Made by a program: the position numbers and the translations under genes
Notes under the pieces: model-generated
Database searches by the model: none
Told to the model about the DNA's origin: nothing
The model's input: only the letters and a program-made list of their open reading frames with translations
Shown: positions 19,307 through 30,354 of the stretch, one piece after another
Layout: each line of letters opens with the position of its first letter
Position numbering within the stretch: the first letter of the stretch is position 1
Source of the DNA: Candidatus Staskawiczbacteria bacterium
GTDB lineage: Bacteria; Patescibacteriota; Minisyncoccia; Minisyncoccales; Staskawiczbacteraceae
Direction: 5' to 3'
DNA: 52,776 nt
NCBI GenBank assembly: GCA_943357015.1
Contig: CALRFZ010000001.1
Location: forward strand, 1 to 52,776

Positions 19307-20980
19307 ATGTTTCCCAAAAAAATAAAAAAAATTATATTGATCGCAATGACATCTGGCCTGATATTTTCTTTTGCCGGATTAGTTGGAGCAACCACAATTG
19401 GGGAATCCTTTAATTTTAATGTTGATCAAAATTTTGATTTGGGATCAAGATCTCAGGTTATTTCAACTTTGGTAAAGACCAGCAATAATTTATATTTTTA
19501 TGTAGATAAAAATTGGTGGGATGGTCAGGTGGAAGTAAAAAAAACTGAAATATTGGCTAATTTTGACGCATTATCTATTGAATTTAGCAATAAAATTTAC
19601 CCTACACTTACTTCGGTTTTTGGCAGTGAGTGGAACCCTGGCGTTGATGGTGATAGTAAAATTATTTTATTATTCCACCCTATGATAGAGGGTTCGGCTG
19701 GGTATTTTCGTTCTACTGATGAGTATTTAAAGCTTCAGACTCCAGATTCTAATGAAAAAGAAATGCTGTATCTGTCGGTTTCTAATATTGACAGTCCTCA
19801 GTTAAAAGTTTTTTTGGCTCATGAGTTTATGCACCTTATTACCTTTAATCAAAAAGATAGAATGAATGGAGTTTCTGAAGAGGTGTGGCTCAATGAGGCA
19901 CGCGCCGATTATGCTTCGACTATTTTAGGTTATGATACGGTTTATGAGGGCAGTAATTTACAAAAAAGGATGAAAGATTTTTTATCCAACCCCTCAGATT
20001 CTTTGACCGAATGGCAAGAGAAAAAAAGTGATTACGCAGTTGCTAGTGTTTTTATGCATTATTTGGTGGATAACTATAGTATTAAAATATTATCAGATTC
20101 TCTAAAATCAAAGTTGGTGGGTATTGCCAGTCTTAATGAGTCCTTGTTAAAAAATAATTCTCAGGAAGATTTTGATAAAATTTTTACTAATTGGACAATT
20201 GCCAACATTATTAATAGTTGTTCTGGAAATACTAAATATTGCTACTTAAATCAAAACCTGAAAAATTTAAAAATTAGTCCGGTGCTTAATTTTTTGCCAC
20301 TGGCAGGAAATAGTTCTTTGTCAGTTACCAATGTCACTAAAAATTGGTCTGCCAATTGGCAAAAAATAATTGGCGGTAATGGAAATTTATTGTTGGAATT
20401 TTCCAGTTTAGCTGGACTTGATTTTTCTGTGCCCTATATTATTTTTGATAAAGACAATAATTTTTCTGTTAATTTTCTTAAATTAGATGCCAAACAAAAG
20501 GGACAAATTACCATAAAAGATTTTGGTACAAAATATAGTTCTTTGGTTATCATTCCTTCTTTACAAACAAAAATTGCTAAATTTGATGGCATGGAACTAA
20601 CTTATCCTTACACGTTTAAGGTTTCAATTTCCCAGAAACTACCAACTGAAGATCCCTTGATAATTGAAAATCTGCTCGCACAAATTGAATCTTTAAAAAA
20701 ACAAATATTGGCTATTAAGACGGGTAACAAAAATTCGATTTCTTGTTCATCAATAAATAATAATCTTTATTTTGGACTTTCTGATAATAATTTGGTTACT
20801 TGTTTGCAGGAGTTTTTAATTTTGCAGGGTGATAATATTTATCCGGAAAAAATGGTAACGGGAAATTTTGGAAATTTAACTAAATTGGCAGTTGTACGTT
20901 TTCAAACCAAATACAAAATTCCATCTACTGGTTTTGTGGGAACATTAACCAGAGCTAAAATTAATGAGCTATTTAAATGA
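19307..20980 (+). CDS. Secreted zinc metallopeptidase-like protein with C-terminal peptidoglycan-binding domain
   Basis: Signal peptide; AHEFMH...WLNEA; C-term VTCLQEFL...TGNFGNLTKLAVVRFQ...TGFVGTLTR. Confidence 0.7.
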   Translation: MFPKKIKKIILIAMTSGLIFSFAGLVGATTIGESFNFNVDQNFDLGSRSQVISTLVKTSNNLYFYVDKNWWDGQVEVKKTEILANFDALSIEFSNKIYPTLTSVFGSEWNPGVDGDSKIILLFHPMIEGSAGYFRSTDEYLKLQTPDSNEKEMLYLSVSNIDSPQLKVFLAHEFMHLITFNQKDRMNGVSEEVWLNEARADYASTILGYDTVYEGSNLQKRMKDFLSNPSDSLTEWQEKKSDYAVASVFMHYLVDNYSIKILSDSLKSKLVGIASLNESLLKNNSQEDFDKIFTNWTIANIINSCSGNTKYCYLNQNLKNLKISPVLNFLPLAGNSSLSVTNVTKNWSANWQKIIGGNGNLLLEFSSLAGLDFSVPYIIFDKDNNFSVNFLKLDAKQKGQITIKDFGTKYSSLVIIPSLQTKIAKFDGMELTYPYTFKVSISQKLPTEDPLIIENLLAQIESLKKQILAIKTGNKNSISCSSINNNLYFGLSDNNLVTCLQEFLILQGDNIYPEKMVTGNFGNLTKLAVVRFQTKYKIPSTGFVGTLTRAKINELFK

Positions 20981-21942
20981 CCAAAGACATTTTTGAAGAA
21001 TTAAAAATTAAACTACCTAATTTAAAATCTGGAGTTTTGTTAAAAGACCATACAACATTTAATATTGGTGGCCCGGCAAAATATTTTTTGGAGGTAAGTA
21101 AAAGAGATTATTTGATTGAGGGATTAAAATTGGCAAAAAAATTCAAGATACCTTTTTTTATTTTAGGTGGAGGTAGTAATGTTTTGGTTTCCGATAAAGG
21201 TTTTGATGGATTAGTTTTAAGTGTTAAAAATTACGGTCAACCTTTGAAAATAAAAGATAATATTATTGAAGCCTTGGCCGGAATTGAGGTTGGGGAGTTG
21301 GTAAAATTTTCCGTAGACAATTCCTTGCAGGGTTTGGAGTGGGCAGGCGGACTACCTGGAACTTTTGGTGGTGCTATTCGTGGCAATGCCGGAGCTTTTG
21401 GTGGGGAAATTAAAGATTCAATTTTAGAAGTTGAGTGCCTAGATAAAAATTTAAAGATTAGAAAGCTAACTAACTTTCAGTGTCAATTTTCTTATCGGTC
21501 ATCAATTTTTAAGGAAAAAAATTGGATAATTATTTCGGCTAAACTTAAGTTTAATCAAGGCCAAAAAGAAGAGTTGCAAAAAATTGCCAAATCTAATATG
21601 GATTATCGCAAGGATCGTCACCCATTGGAATTGCCCAATGCCGGCAGTATTTTTAAAAATTGTGAGTATGAAAAGCTATCAAAAAAAATCCAAAAAGAAT
21701 TTTCTGGTTTAGTGAAAAATGATCCTTTCCCAATAGTTCCGGTAGTGCATTTTATTATAAGAGATGGTTTAAAGGGGTTAAAAATTGGTGGCGCGCAAAT
21801 TTCAGAAAAACATCCAAATTTTATTGTTAACACTGGTAACGCTAAAGCCCAGGATGTGTTAAAATTAATTAGTACAGTTAAAAGCAAAATTAAAAAAAAA
21901 TACGGAGTTAATTTAGAACAAGAAGTGCAATATCTTGAATAA
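20977..21942 (+). CDS. murB: UDP-N-acetylenolpyruvoylglucosamine reductase
   Basis: HTTFNIGGPA, GGGSN, GNAGAFG, AGSIFKN, KHPNFIVN. Confidence 0.95.
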   Translation: MTKDIFEELKIKLPNLKSGVLLKDHTTFNIGGPAKYFLEVSKRDYLIEGLKLAKKFKIPFFILGGGSNVLVSDKGFDGLVLSVKNYGQPLKIKDNIIEALAGIEVGELVKFSVDNSLQGLEWAGGLPGTFGGAIRGNAGAFGGEIKDSILEVECLDKNLKIRKLTNFQCQFSYRSSIFKEKNWIIISAKLKFNQGQKEELQKIAKSNMDYRKDRHPLELPNAGSIFKNCEYEKLSKKIQKEFSGLVKNDPFPIVPVVHFIIRDGLKGLKIGGAQISEKHPNFIVNTGNAKAQDVLKLISTVKSKIKKKYGVNLEQEVQYLE

Positions 21943-21950
21943 TTTAAAAA

Positions 21951-22052
21951 TTCAAATTTAAAATTCAAAAACAATTTAAAAATAGTAATTTAAGATAACA
22001 TTTTAAAATTTTTATAACTAATTATTTTTAGAATTTAAATTTTAAATTTGAA
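21951..22052. repeat. Intergenic inverted heptamer-type repeats
   Basis: ttcaaatttaaaatt (21951-21965) is the exact reverse complement of aattttaaatttgaa (22038-22052). Confidence 0.55.
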
Positions 22053-22060
22053 ATTATAAT

Positions 22061-22408
22061 ATGAATATAATTATTAAAGTTAAAAATTTAGAATTAACTG
22101 AATATCTGGAAAAATTAATTAATCAAAAAATTGAGAAATTAGAAAAATTTTTAAATTCACCTGATCAGGAAGTTTTTGTTGAAGTTGAAAAAGAATCTAA
22201 TCATCATAAAAAGGGGGATATATACTGCGCTGAAATTATTATAAGTTTAACTGGTAAAAAACTGATCGCCAAAGCTCAGGAAGCTGATTTGCAAAAAGCT
22301 ATTATGCAATCTAGAGAAGAGATGGAAATAGAAATAAAAAGGTATAAACTAAAAAAGATTGAATTACCCCGTCGAGAAGCCAAAAAATCCCGCAAAGAAA
22401 TTTTTTAA
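22061..22408 (+). CDS. raiA: Ribosome hibernation factor (RaiA/HPF)
   Basis: MNIIIKVKNLELT, KIEKLEKF, HHKKGDIY; located upstream of secA. Confidence 0.85.
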   Translation: MNIIIKVKNLELTEYLEKLINQKIEKLEKFLNSPDQEVFVEVEKESNHHKKGDIYCAEIIISLTGKKLIAKAQEADLQKAIMQSREEMEIEIKRYKLKKIELPRREAKKSRKEIF

Positions 22409-22426
22409 CAAAATATTATTTTCAAT

Positions 22427-22455
22427 AAAAGCCAGATTAATAGTCTGGTTTTTTG
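22427..22455 (+). terminator. Intrinsic terminator after raiA
   Basis: AAAAGCCAGA...TCTGGTTTTTT. Confidence 0.6.
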
Positions 22456-22490
22456 TTGCTAAAATCCCAATTTTTAGTTAAAGTTATTGT

Positions 22491-24923
22491 ATGAATATAT
22501 TTACAAAAATTTTTGGAGATGCTAATGAAAAGCAGATAAAAAATCTGCGAATTTTGGTTGAAAAAATTAATCAATTAGAGTCGGGATTTAAAAAATTAAC
22601 TGATTTGCAGTTAAAAAGTAAAACGCAGGAATTTAGGGATCGGCTGACTAAAGGCGAAACTTTAGATGATCTGTTACCTGAAGCTTTTGCTTCTGTCAGG
22701 GAAGCGTCTTTACGCGCACTTGGTCAGCGTCACTTTGATGTGCAGTTAATGGGTGGCACGGTTTTACATCAGGGAAAAGTGGCAGAAATGAGAACTGGTG
22801 AAGGTAAAACTTTGTCAGCGACTTTGCCAGCTTATCTTAATGCTTTGGAGGGCAGGGGAGTTCACATTGTGACAGTTAATGATTACTTAGCCAGGCGCGA
22901 TATGGTTTGGATGGGTCAAATTTATGGTTTTTTGGGGATGAGTACGGGTTGCGTGACCAGTGAATCTGGTTATGTTTATGATGCTCTATATATAGATGGA
23001 CAAAAAGATCAGCTTCGTGATCAGGTGGGAGGATTTAAGGTTGTGGAAAGTTTTTTAAGGCCCGCCAGCAAAAAAGAAGCTTACTTGGCCGATATTACTT
23101 ATGGTACTAATAATGAATTTGGTTTTGATTACTTGCGCGATAATATGGTTTTAGATTTAAGTCAGCAAGTGCAACGTGGACATAATTACGTTATTGTTGA
23201 CGAAGTTGATTCGGTTTTAATTGACGAAGCGCGTGTACCATTAATTATTTCTGGACAGGCCGAAGATGCAACGCAAAAATATAGTCAGTTTGCCAAGATT
23301 GTTGCTAATCTAGAAAAAGATACCGATTATATTTTGGATGAAAAGTTAAAATCGGTAAATTTTACCGAAGCAGGTCAAGATAAAGTAATTAAAAATTTAG
23401 GTCAGGACCCTTGGGCTCAAAATAATATTACAGATACGCACCAGTTAGAATCAGCGTTAAAAGCTAAAACCTTATTTTTAAAAGATCGAGATTATGTGGT
23501 AGCGCAAGGTCAAATTATGATTATTGATGAATTTACTGGCCGAATGTTGCCTGGGCGTCGCTGGTCTTCTGGATTACATCAAGCGGTAGAAGCTAAGGAG
23601 GGCGTAAATATTCAGCCTGAATCTGTAACTTTGGCCACTGTTACTTTTCAAAATTATTTTCGGCAATATAAAAAAATCTCTGGTATGACCGGAACCGCCT
23701 TAACTTCAGCGGAGGAATTAGATAAGGTATATGGTTTGGATGTTGTTTCAATTCCAACTAACAAGCCTGCCAAAAGGCAAGATTACCCTGATAAAATTTT
23801 TAAGACCGAAGAAGGTAAATTTAGGGCTGTAATTAAAGAAATTAAACAACTACATCAAAAAGGTCAGCCGGTTTTGGTAGGCACGCGATCAGTTGAGCGT
23901 AATGAGTATTTAGGAAAAATTTTACAAATGGAAGGTATTCCGCACCAAATTTTAAATGCTAAAAATCATCAACGTGAAGCAGAGATTATTGCTCAAGCGG
24001 GAAAAATTGGAGCTGTGACTATCGCAACTAATATGGCGGGGCGAGGTGTCGATATTATTTTGGGTGGCAATCCTAAAGATCCTGTAGAAAGTCAAAAAGT
24101 TTTAGATTTAGGTGGTTTATATGTTCTAGGGACCGAGCGCCACGATGCCCGCAGAATTGATAATCAGTTGCGTGGACGAGCTGGTCGGCAAGGAGATGCT
24201 GGGTCATCACAATTTTTTGTTTCCTTAGAAGATGATCTAATGAGAATTTTTGGTGGCGATAGAATAAAATCAATTATGACAGCCCTTAAAGTTCCAGATG
24301 ACGAACCAATTTCGGCGAATATTATTTCTGGCGCCTTAGAATCAGCCCAGAAAAAAATTGAAGGTTTTAACTTTGATGCTCGTCACCACGTACTTGAGTA
24401 TGATGATATAATGAATAAGCATCGAGAAATTATTTACAAGAAGCGTCGAACTTTTCTTGTTATGGTTGACGGGCAGTATCCGATTTCTGATGACATAGTA
24501 AGTTCCGAGGAATTTAAGGAAAGGGAACAAGAAGTTGGCAAAGAAAATCTGGAAAAAATTATAAGATTTGTCGGCTTAAAAGTTATTGATACGCTTTGGC
24601 AGGATCATCTAAATAATATGGATCACCTGCGTGAATCGGTAAAACTTCGGGCCTATGGTGGCAAAGATCCTTTAGTAGAATATAAAAACGAGGGCCGAAA
24701 ATTATTTACGCAATTATTGGAAGAAATTGACAGTACGATTACTAAAAATATCTTGGTGGCGCAATTAAATGTTTCTGGGCCTAGTTTGCAAACCGTGAAT
24801 TCGCAAAATAATATTGAGGGGATTGGGCGCAATGATGAGTGTCCTTGTGGTAGCGGAAAAAAATATAAAAAGTGTGGTATGGTAAATTCGCCAGAGCATC
24901 AACAAAATATAGGCAAGAAGTAA
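22491..24923 (+). CDS. secA: Preprotein translocase ATPase SecA
   Basis: [36 protein letters not shown] motif [17 protein letters not shown]. Confidence 0.97.
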   Translation: MNIFTKIFGDANEKQIKNLRILVEKINQLESGFKKLTDLQLKSKTQEFRDRLTKGETLDDLLPEAFASVREASLRALGQRHFDVQLMGGTVLHQGKVAEMRTGEGKTLSATLPAYLNALEGRGVHIVTVNDYLARRDMVWMGQIYGFLGMSTGCVTSESGYVYDALYIDGQKDQLRDQVGGFKVVESFLRPASKKEAYLADITYGTNNEFGFDYLRDNMVLDLSQQVQRGHNYVIVDEVDSVLIDEARVPLIISGQAEDATQKYSQFAKIVANLEKDTDYILDEKLKSVNFTEAGQDKVIKNLGQDPWAQNNITDTHQLESALKAKTLFLKDRDYVVAQGQIMIIDEFTGRMLPGRRWSSGLHQAVEAKEGVNIQPESVTLATVTFQNYFRQYKKISGMTGTALTSAEELDKVYGLDVVSIPTNKPAKRQDYPDKIFKTEEGKFRAVIKEIKQLHQKGQPVLVGTRSVERNEYLGKILQMEGIPHQILNAKNHQREAEIIAQAGKIGAVTIATNMAGRGVDIILGGNPKDPVESQKVLDLGGLYVLGTERHDARRIDNQLRGRAGRQGDAGSSQFFVSLEDDLMRIFGGDRIKSIMTALKVPDDEPISANIISGALESAQKKIEGFNFDARHHVLEYDDIMNKHREIIYKKRRTFLVMVDGQYPISDDIVSSEEFKEREQEVGKENLEKIIRFVGLKVIDTLWQDHLNNMDHLRESVKLRAYGGKDPLVEYKNEGRKLFTQLLEEIDSTITKNILVAQLNVSGPSLQTVNSQNNIEGIGRNDECPCGSGKKYKKCGMVNSPEHQQNIGKK

Positions 24924-24966
24924 AAAGCATATAACATAGTTCAAAATCAGATAATAATTTTTATTT

Positions 24967-25845
24967 ATGAAAAAAATATATTACTTTGGAATTTTAGTTT
25001 TTATTTTGGTTGTAGCTTGGTTCGGATTTTATTATAAAAATATTATCTTCACTTTTTATGATAATGCTGGTAAAAAACTGCATGAATTTGAGTCATCAAA
25101 AATTGAAGATGCTGTAAGTCAAATTTCCAAGAATATTTTTGTGCCAGCCCCTTTGATAGTTGGCGGAGAGGCCAATGAATCGGTTTTGGTAAAAAGTAAA
25201 ATTATTGCAGAGACAAATGTTCAGAGATTTAACAATGGCACCCTACCCCCACTAATTGAAAATGCCAAACTTACTGCTTCAGCTAAAGCTAAGGCGATTG
25301 ATATGTTTACAAATCAATATTTTGAACACGTGTCATTAAAAGGTGTTGATCCTAGTATGCTTGTTAAAAGTTTTGGTTATGAATATATTGTTTCTGGGGA
25401 AAATTTAATTTTGGGTAATTTTAAAGATGAAAAAGAATTGGTTCAGGCTTGGATGGATAGTAAGGGGCACAGAGAAAATATTTTAAATAATCGGTTTGCC
25501 GATATTGGAGTTGCGATTGTAAAAGGTAATTACAAAAATCAGGTTGTTTGGATTGGTGTGCAGGAATTTGGTTTGCCGTTGTCGGCTTGTAAAAATCCCG
25601 ACTCTGTTTTAAAAACTGAAATAGACAATAGTAAGTCAATTCTAGATCAGTATTCTTTGCAGTTAGATGCCAAAAAAGAAGAAATTAATAACACTAATTC
25701 AAAGTCAGACCAATACGGTTTTTTGGTGGATGAATATAATAATTTGGTGGCCCAGTATGATCAACTACATCAAAATGTTAAAAACTTGATTGTGCAGTAT
25801 AATGATCAGGTAAGTAATTTTAATCAGTGCGTAGAAGGAAGATAA
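24967..25845 (+). CDS. Membrane-anchored CAP (SCP) domain protein with C-terminal coiled coil
   Basis: YFEH, GENL, WMDSKGHRENIL, VQEFG. Confidence 0.85.
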   Translation: MKKIYYFGILVFILVVAWFGFYYKNIIFTFYDNAGKKLHEFESSKIEDAVSQISKNIFVPAPLIVGGEANESVLVKSKIIAETNVQRFNNGTLPPLIENAKLTASAKAKAIDMFTNQYFEHVSLKGVDPSMLVKSFGYEYIVSGENLILGNFKDEKELVQAWMDSKGHRENILNNRFADIGVAIVKGNYKNQVVWIGVQEFGLPLSACKNPDSVLKTEIDNSKSILDQYSLQLDAKKEEINNTNSKSDQYGFLVDEYNNLVAQYDQLHQNVKNLIVQYNDQVSNFNQCVEGR

Positions 25846-25854
25846 GTTAAATAT

Positions 25855-26322
25855 ATGAAGTTTGCAATTGTTTCTGACACTCATGATAATATGGCCAATT
25901 TTAATAAGGTAATTGATTTTTTAAATAATCAGAAAATTATTACGCTTTTGCATTGCGGTGATATTTGTAATCAAGATACTATTAATGAAGCCACAAAAAA
26001 ATTTAATGGCGAAATTTTTTGGGTTAAAGGAAATGGAGATTATCACTTAGATAATTACCAAGATGTAATGGAGCTGGACTTAGGTGGCAAGAGCGTGGCT
26101 TTTATACATTACCCAGATTTAGCCAAAAAGTTAGCGGAGTCCAAAAAATACGACTTGGTTTTTTACGGTCACACTCACCGCCCATGGGAAGAAATGGTAG
26201 GTAAGTGTCGTTTGGTAAATCCCGGCGAATTAGCGGGTCAACGTTACAAACCCTGTTTTACAATATATGACACTACGACAGATAAGTTGGAACTTAAAAT
26301 TTTAGAGAAGATGCAAAATTGA
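25855..26322 (+). CDS. YfcE-like metallophosphoesterase
   Basis: SDTHDN, HCGD, GNGD, GHTH, NPG. Confidence 0.88.
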   Translation: MKFAIVSDTHDNMANFNKVIDFLNNQKIITLLHCGDICNQDTINEATKKFNGEIFWVKGNGDYHLDNYQDVMELDLGGKSVAFIHYPDLAKKLAESKKYDLVFYGHTHRPWEEMVGKCRLVNPGELAGQRYKPCFTIYDTTTDKLELKILEKMQN

Positions 26323-26356
26323 TTATGTTTTAAATATTATTTATATAGTTTTTAAA

Positions 26357-26390
26357 ACGCAGGACTACATTATGTAATCTTGCGTTTTTT
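26357..26390 (+). terminator. Intrinsic terminator
   Basis: ACGCAGGA...TCTTGCGT followed by a T-run. Confidence 0.6.
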
Positions 26391-26462
26391 ATTAAAAAGT
26401 ATTAAGATATTTTAATACTTTAAATCTCAAAATAGTTTCTTTAGATTTTTTAAATATATACT

Positions 26463-27884
26463 ATGCAACAAAAACATTGGATATTAATTGGCGTTATTAT
26501 TTTGACCTTATTGGCCGGAAATTTTGCGTATCCAAATTATTACAATAAAGCTATAGATTCTTTAAATAGTAAATTTCACTGGACCTTGCCGTATTTTTGG
26601 CAAAAACCATACGTCTTGGGTTTGGATTTGCAGGGTGGAGTGAATTTAACTTATCAGGCTGATTTAAGTTCTATTTCCGATAAAGATGGTGCGATGTCGG
26701 GATTAAGAGATGTGATTGAAAGAAGAGTTAATTTATTTGGTGTATCAGAGCCAGTAGTAAAAATTCAGGGTAAAGATCAGTTAACTGTTCAGTTACCGGG
26801 AGTTAAAGATGTGGCTTCGGCCATAGCAATGATTGGTCAAACGCCTTATTTGGAATTTAATGAAATTCGACCGGAAGCTGAAAGTAAATCAATTTTGGAT
26901 AAAATAAAAGAGGTGAAAGATGCTCAAGATAAAAAACAAGATATCCAAAAAATAAAAGACTGGCAGTTGGCGATGGAAGATCCTTACATAAAACCAACTG
27001 AATTAACGGGAAAATACTTGTCAAAGGCTACAGTTGTTTTTGATCAAACTACTTATAAACCAAAAATTCAATTGCAATTTAATAATGAGGGCGCCAAACT
27101 CTTTGAAGACATTACTGCAAGAAATATTGGCAAGCCATTAGCAATTTTGTTGGATGGCGCTTCGATTATTGATACTTCTGGTGACGGAAAAATTGATAGC
27201 CATGATTTATATGCACCAATTATTCAGGATAAAATTACAGGTGGAACGGCAGTTATTACAGGAGATATGCCAGCTAAAACTGCTAACGATATTGCTCGTC
27301 GGTTAAATTCTGGCGCCCTGCCAGTGAAAATTGGTAGTCCAATTTTGCAAGAAACCGTAGGTCCAACTTTGGGTGCAGTGTCATTACAAAAATCTTTATG
27401 GGCCGGAGTTTTTGGGCTTTTAGCTGTGATAGTATTTATGATTTTATTTTATAGGTTACCGGGATTACTGGCTTCTATTGCTTTGATAATTTACGTTGCT
27501 ATAACCTTGGCAATTTTTAAATTAGTGCCTATTACTTTAACCTTGGCTGGTATCGGTGGATTTATTTTGTCTATTGGTATGGCGGTTGATGCTAATATTT
27601 TAATTTTTGCTCGTATGAAAGAAGAAATTAATAGTGGTAAAAGCTTATCTTTATCAATCGAAGAAGGATTGAGTCGGGCTTGGCCATCAATTCGCGACAG
27701 TAATCTAAACTCATTGATTGTTTGCGTAATTTTATTTATTTTTTCTACGTCTTTTATTAAAGGTTTTGCCTTAACTTTATCATTAGGTATTTTAGTTTCG
27801 TTATTTTCTGCGATTTTTGTTACTAGAATATTATTATTAGTTTTTGTTGGTAGACTGGCAAATAAGTTTAGGTGGTTAATGTAA
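26463..27884 (+). CDS. secD: Protein translocase subunit SecD
   Basis: LGLDLQGG, RRVNLFGVSEP, SGALP, IGMAVDANILIF. Confidence 0.95.
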   Translation: MQQKHWILIGVIILTLLAGNFAYPNYYNKAIDSLNSKFHWTLPYFWQKPYVLGLDLQGGVNLTYQADLSSISDKDGAMSGLRDVIERRVNLFGVSEPVVKIQGKDQLTVQLPGVKDVASAIAMIGQTPYLEFNEIRPEAESKSILDKIKEVKDAQDKKQDIQKIKDWQLAMEDPYIKPTELTGKYLSKATVVFDQTTYKPKIQLQFNNEGAKLFEDITARNIGKPLAILLDGASIIDTSGDGKIDSHDLYAPIIQDKITGGTAVITGDMPAKTANDIARRLNSGALPVKIGSPILQETVGPTLGAVSLQKSLWAGVFGLLAVIVFMILFYRLPGLLASIALIIYVAITLAIFKLVPITLTLAGIGGFILSIGMAVDANILIFARMKEEINSGKSLSLSIEEGLSRAWPSIRDSNLNSLIVCVILFIFSTSFIKGFALTLSLGILVSLFSAIFVTRILLLVFVGRLANKFRWLM

Positions 27885-27906
27885 TTATATCGTAAATTAT
27901 AAAAAA

Positions 27907-28806
27907 ATGTTTCCATTTACTAAATTTTCAAAAGTATATTATATTATTTCTGGCTTATTGATTGTTGGCGCATTAGCGTCTCTGGTTTTATTTGGTCTTA
28001 AGTTTGGCATTGAGTTTACGGGGGGTAGTAATATGGAATTAGATTTTCTTAATCAGAGACCAGATAATACAGCGATTTCAAAATCCTTGATGGAGTTTGA
28101 ACTAGGAGATATTGTGGTTCAACCTACAGGGGAAAAAGGGGTGTTGCTACAGTTTAGGGGTATTGATGAGGCCTTGCATCAAAAAGTTTTATCAAAATTG
28201 CAAGCATTGTCCCCTGTGCAAGAAAAAAGTTTTCAATATATTGGGCCTTCAGTGGGTCAGGATTTAAAAAATAAAACTTTGCTAGCAATTTTATTATCTT
28301 TACTTGCAATTACTTTGTATATTGCTTTTGCTTTTCGAAAAGTTTCACGACCCTTGGCTTCGTGGAAGTATGGCATGACTTCCTTGATTGCTCTTTTTCA
28401 TGACATTTTAATTCCTTTGGGCGCATTCTCTTTGCTAGGTTATTTTTATAATATTGAAATTACTATCCCAATTGTCGCCGCTCTACTGACTATTTTAGGT
28501 TTTTCTGTTCACGATACAATTGTTATTTTTGACCGAATTAGAGAAAATATTTTGCGTCATAATATGAATAGTTTTGATCAAACGGTTGATTTGAGTTTAA
28601 ATCAAACCGTGGGTCGATCTATTAGTACAGTGCTTACGGTTTTGTTGGTAATGTTTTCTTTATTCTTTTTTGGCGGTCAAACTCTCAAATATTTTTCTTT
28701 GGCGTTAATTATAGGTATTGCTTCTGGAGCGTATTCATCTATTTTTATTGCTGGTCCATTATTGGTGACTTGGCAAAATTGGAACGATAGTAGAGCGAAA
28801 AGGTAG
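27907..28806 (+). CDS. secF: Protein translocase subunit SecF
   Basis: GIEFTGG, IGPSVG, GFSVHDTIVIFDRIRE, YSSIFIA. Confidence 0.95.
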   Translation: MFPFTKFSKVYYIISGLLIVGALASLVLFGLKFGIEFTGGSNMELDFLNQRPDNTAISKSLMEFELGDIVVQPTGEKGVLLQFRGIDEALHQKVLSKLQALSPVQEKSFQYIGPSVGQDLKNKTLLAILLSLLAITLYIAFAFRKVSRPLASWKYGMTSLIALFHDILIPLGAFSLLGYFYNIEITIPIVAALLTILGFSVHDTIVIFDRIRENILRHNMNSFDQTVDLSLNQTVGRSISTVLTVLLVMFSLFFFGGQTLKYFSLALIIGIASGAYSSIFIAGPLLVTWQNWNDSRAKR

Positions 28807-28867
28807 ATATGATTCCATAGATTTTCAATTTTATTTTTTTGTAAAAGTGTAAAGTTATAGTAATCTA

Positions 28868-28896
28868 TTGACAAGATTATTGATTGGGTGTATAAT
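28868..28896 (+). promoter_or_regulatory. Consensus sigma70 promoter
   Basis: TTGACA-N17-TATAAT, perfect consensus. Confidence 0.8.
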
Positions 28897-28946
28897 CAAT
28901 TATCATTATAAGATGATTAAATTATTACTTATTACTAAATAGTTAT

Positions 28947-29972
28947 ATGGAAAAAATTAATTACGCCCAAATTTACACAAAACTGACTCGCGGTCTTTCG
29001 CCAAAAACCAAAGATATCTTTGATCGCCGTTTTGGTGTAAAAACTGGAAGCGTAGAAACCTTAGAATCTATCGGAAAAAGTTTGGGAATTACTCGTGAAA
29101 GAGTGCGTCAAATAGAAGAGGTTGGTTTTAACTTCGTCCGAAAAAATCATCAAGAAACCTTAGAAAAAGTATTTGTTGTTATCGAAAATTACTTTGCTAG
29201 TCAGGGCGGATTTAAAAAAGAAGAGTTGGTTCTAGCTGACTTGGGTGGGGCAAAACAAAAACCACACGTTTTATTTTTTTTAATGTTGGGCAATCAATTT
29301 TCGCGAGTTTGTGAAAAGCGTGATTATTCTTATTTTTGGTCGGTTATGCCAACCGCTGAAAAAAGCGTAAAGGAAATCTTAAATGCTTTAGCTGGTGATT
29401 TGCAGACTTATGGCAAGCCCTTATCTAGAATGGAACTAGCTAAATTTGCTTCTAATTATAGCCTAAATGATCAAGCGCTAAATTCTTATCTTGAGGTTTC
29501 AAAAAGAATTCAGGCTAATAAAGAAGGTAGTTTTGGGTTGGCGGAATGGCCAGAAATTAATCCAAAAAGCGTAAAAGATAAAGCCTTTTTGGTTTTTAAG
29601 AAACATCAAAAGCCTTTACATTTTAGAGAGATCACTCAATTAATCGACAAATTGGATTATAATAGTCTTGATAAAAAAACTCATCCGCAAACCGTACATA
29701 ATGAATTAATTAAAGATTCCAGATTCGTATTGGTTGGTAGGGGAATGTATGCGCTTGGAGAATGGGGTTATAAACCCGGAACTATTCAAGACGTAATCAC
29801 CGATGTCTTAAAGCAAAAACCGCACTTGGTAAGTAAAGATGAAATTGTAAATGAGGTATTGTCGCAACGTCTAGTAGAAAAAAATACTATTTTAATTAAG
29901 CTTAACAACAAAAAATATTTTCAAAAAGGTGAAGATGGAAAGTATTTTACGGTTGGAAATCAAACCGCATAA
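28947..29972 (+). CDS. Sigma70 region-4-like HTH plus RNAP-delta/HARE-HTH-like protein
   Basis: ETLESIGKSLGITRERVRQIE at the N-term; PLHFREI...QTVHNELIKDSRFVLVGRGMYALGEWG. Confidence 0.75.
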   Translation: MEKINYAQIYTKLTRGLSPKTKDIFDRRFGVKTGSVETLESIGKSLGITRERVRQIEEVGFNFVRKNHQETLEKVFVVIENYFASQGGFKKEELVLADLGGAKQKPHVLFFLMLGNQFSRVCEKRDYSYFWSVMPTAEKSVKEILNALAGDLQTYGKPLSRMELAKFASNYSLNDQALNSYLEVSKRIQANKEGSFGLAEWPEINPKSVKDKAFLVFKKHQKPLHFREITQLIDKLDYNSLDKKTHPQTVHNELIKDSRFVLVGRGMYALGEWGYKPGTIQDVITDVLKQKPHLVSKDEIVNEVLSQRLVEKNTILIKLNNKKYFQKGEDGKYFTVGNQTA

Positions 29973-29994
29973 ACTAATTATTGATATTGAGTCT

Positions 29995-30023
29995 AAAAAA
30001 TCCCGCAGAATCGGGATTTTTTT
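29995..30023 (+). terminator. Intrinsic terminator
   Basis: AAAAAATCCCG-CAGAAT-CGGGATTTTTTT. Confidence 0.75.
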
Positions 30024-30047
30024 GATGACTCAGAATTATTTTTCCAA

Positions 30048-30076
30048 TTGATTTAAAATTATGCAAATTGTATAAT
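30048..30076 (+). promoter_or_regulatory. Sigma70-type promoter
   Basis: TTGATT-N17-TATAAT upstream of the ORF at 30100. Confidence 0.6.
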
Positions 30077-30099
30077 ACATTAAATAAGCTATCAAGGCT

Positions 30100-30324
30100 A
30101 TGAATTTATATTTTTTTTGGGGATCAATTATTTTATTTGTCTCAACATTGATTTTTTATGTGGTGTTTTTGTCTTTAATGTATTATTGGCATGAAAAGCA
30201 GATTACTTTTGTGGTAGCTCCTCTTTTATTTGCTTTTGATTTTTTTCTAATCGCCTTTTTAATAATGGCAATTATTGTTATTTTTTTACAATACTTACCA
30301 GATATATTGATTTTACTAAAGTAA
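30100..30324 (+). CDS. Small two-TM membrane protein
   Basis: 74 aa with two hydrophobic segments; follows a promoter. Confidence 0.6.
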   Translation: MNLYFFWGSIILFVSTLIFYVVFLSLMYYWHEKQITFVVAPLLFAFDFFLIAFLIMAIIVIFLQYLPDILILLK

Positions 30325-30354
30325 TTTCAAATTTTTTATTTTTAAATTTTAATT

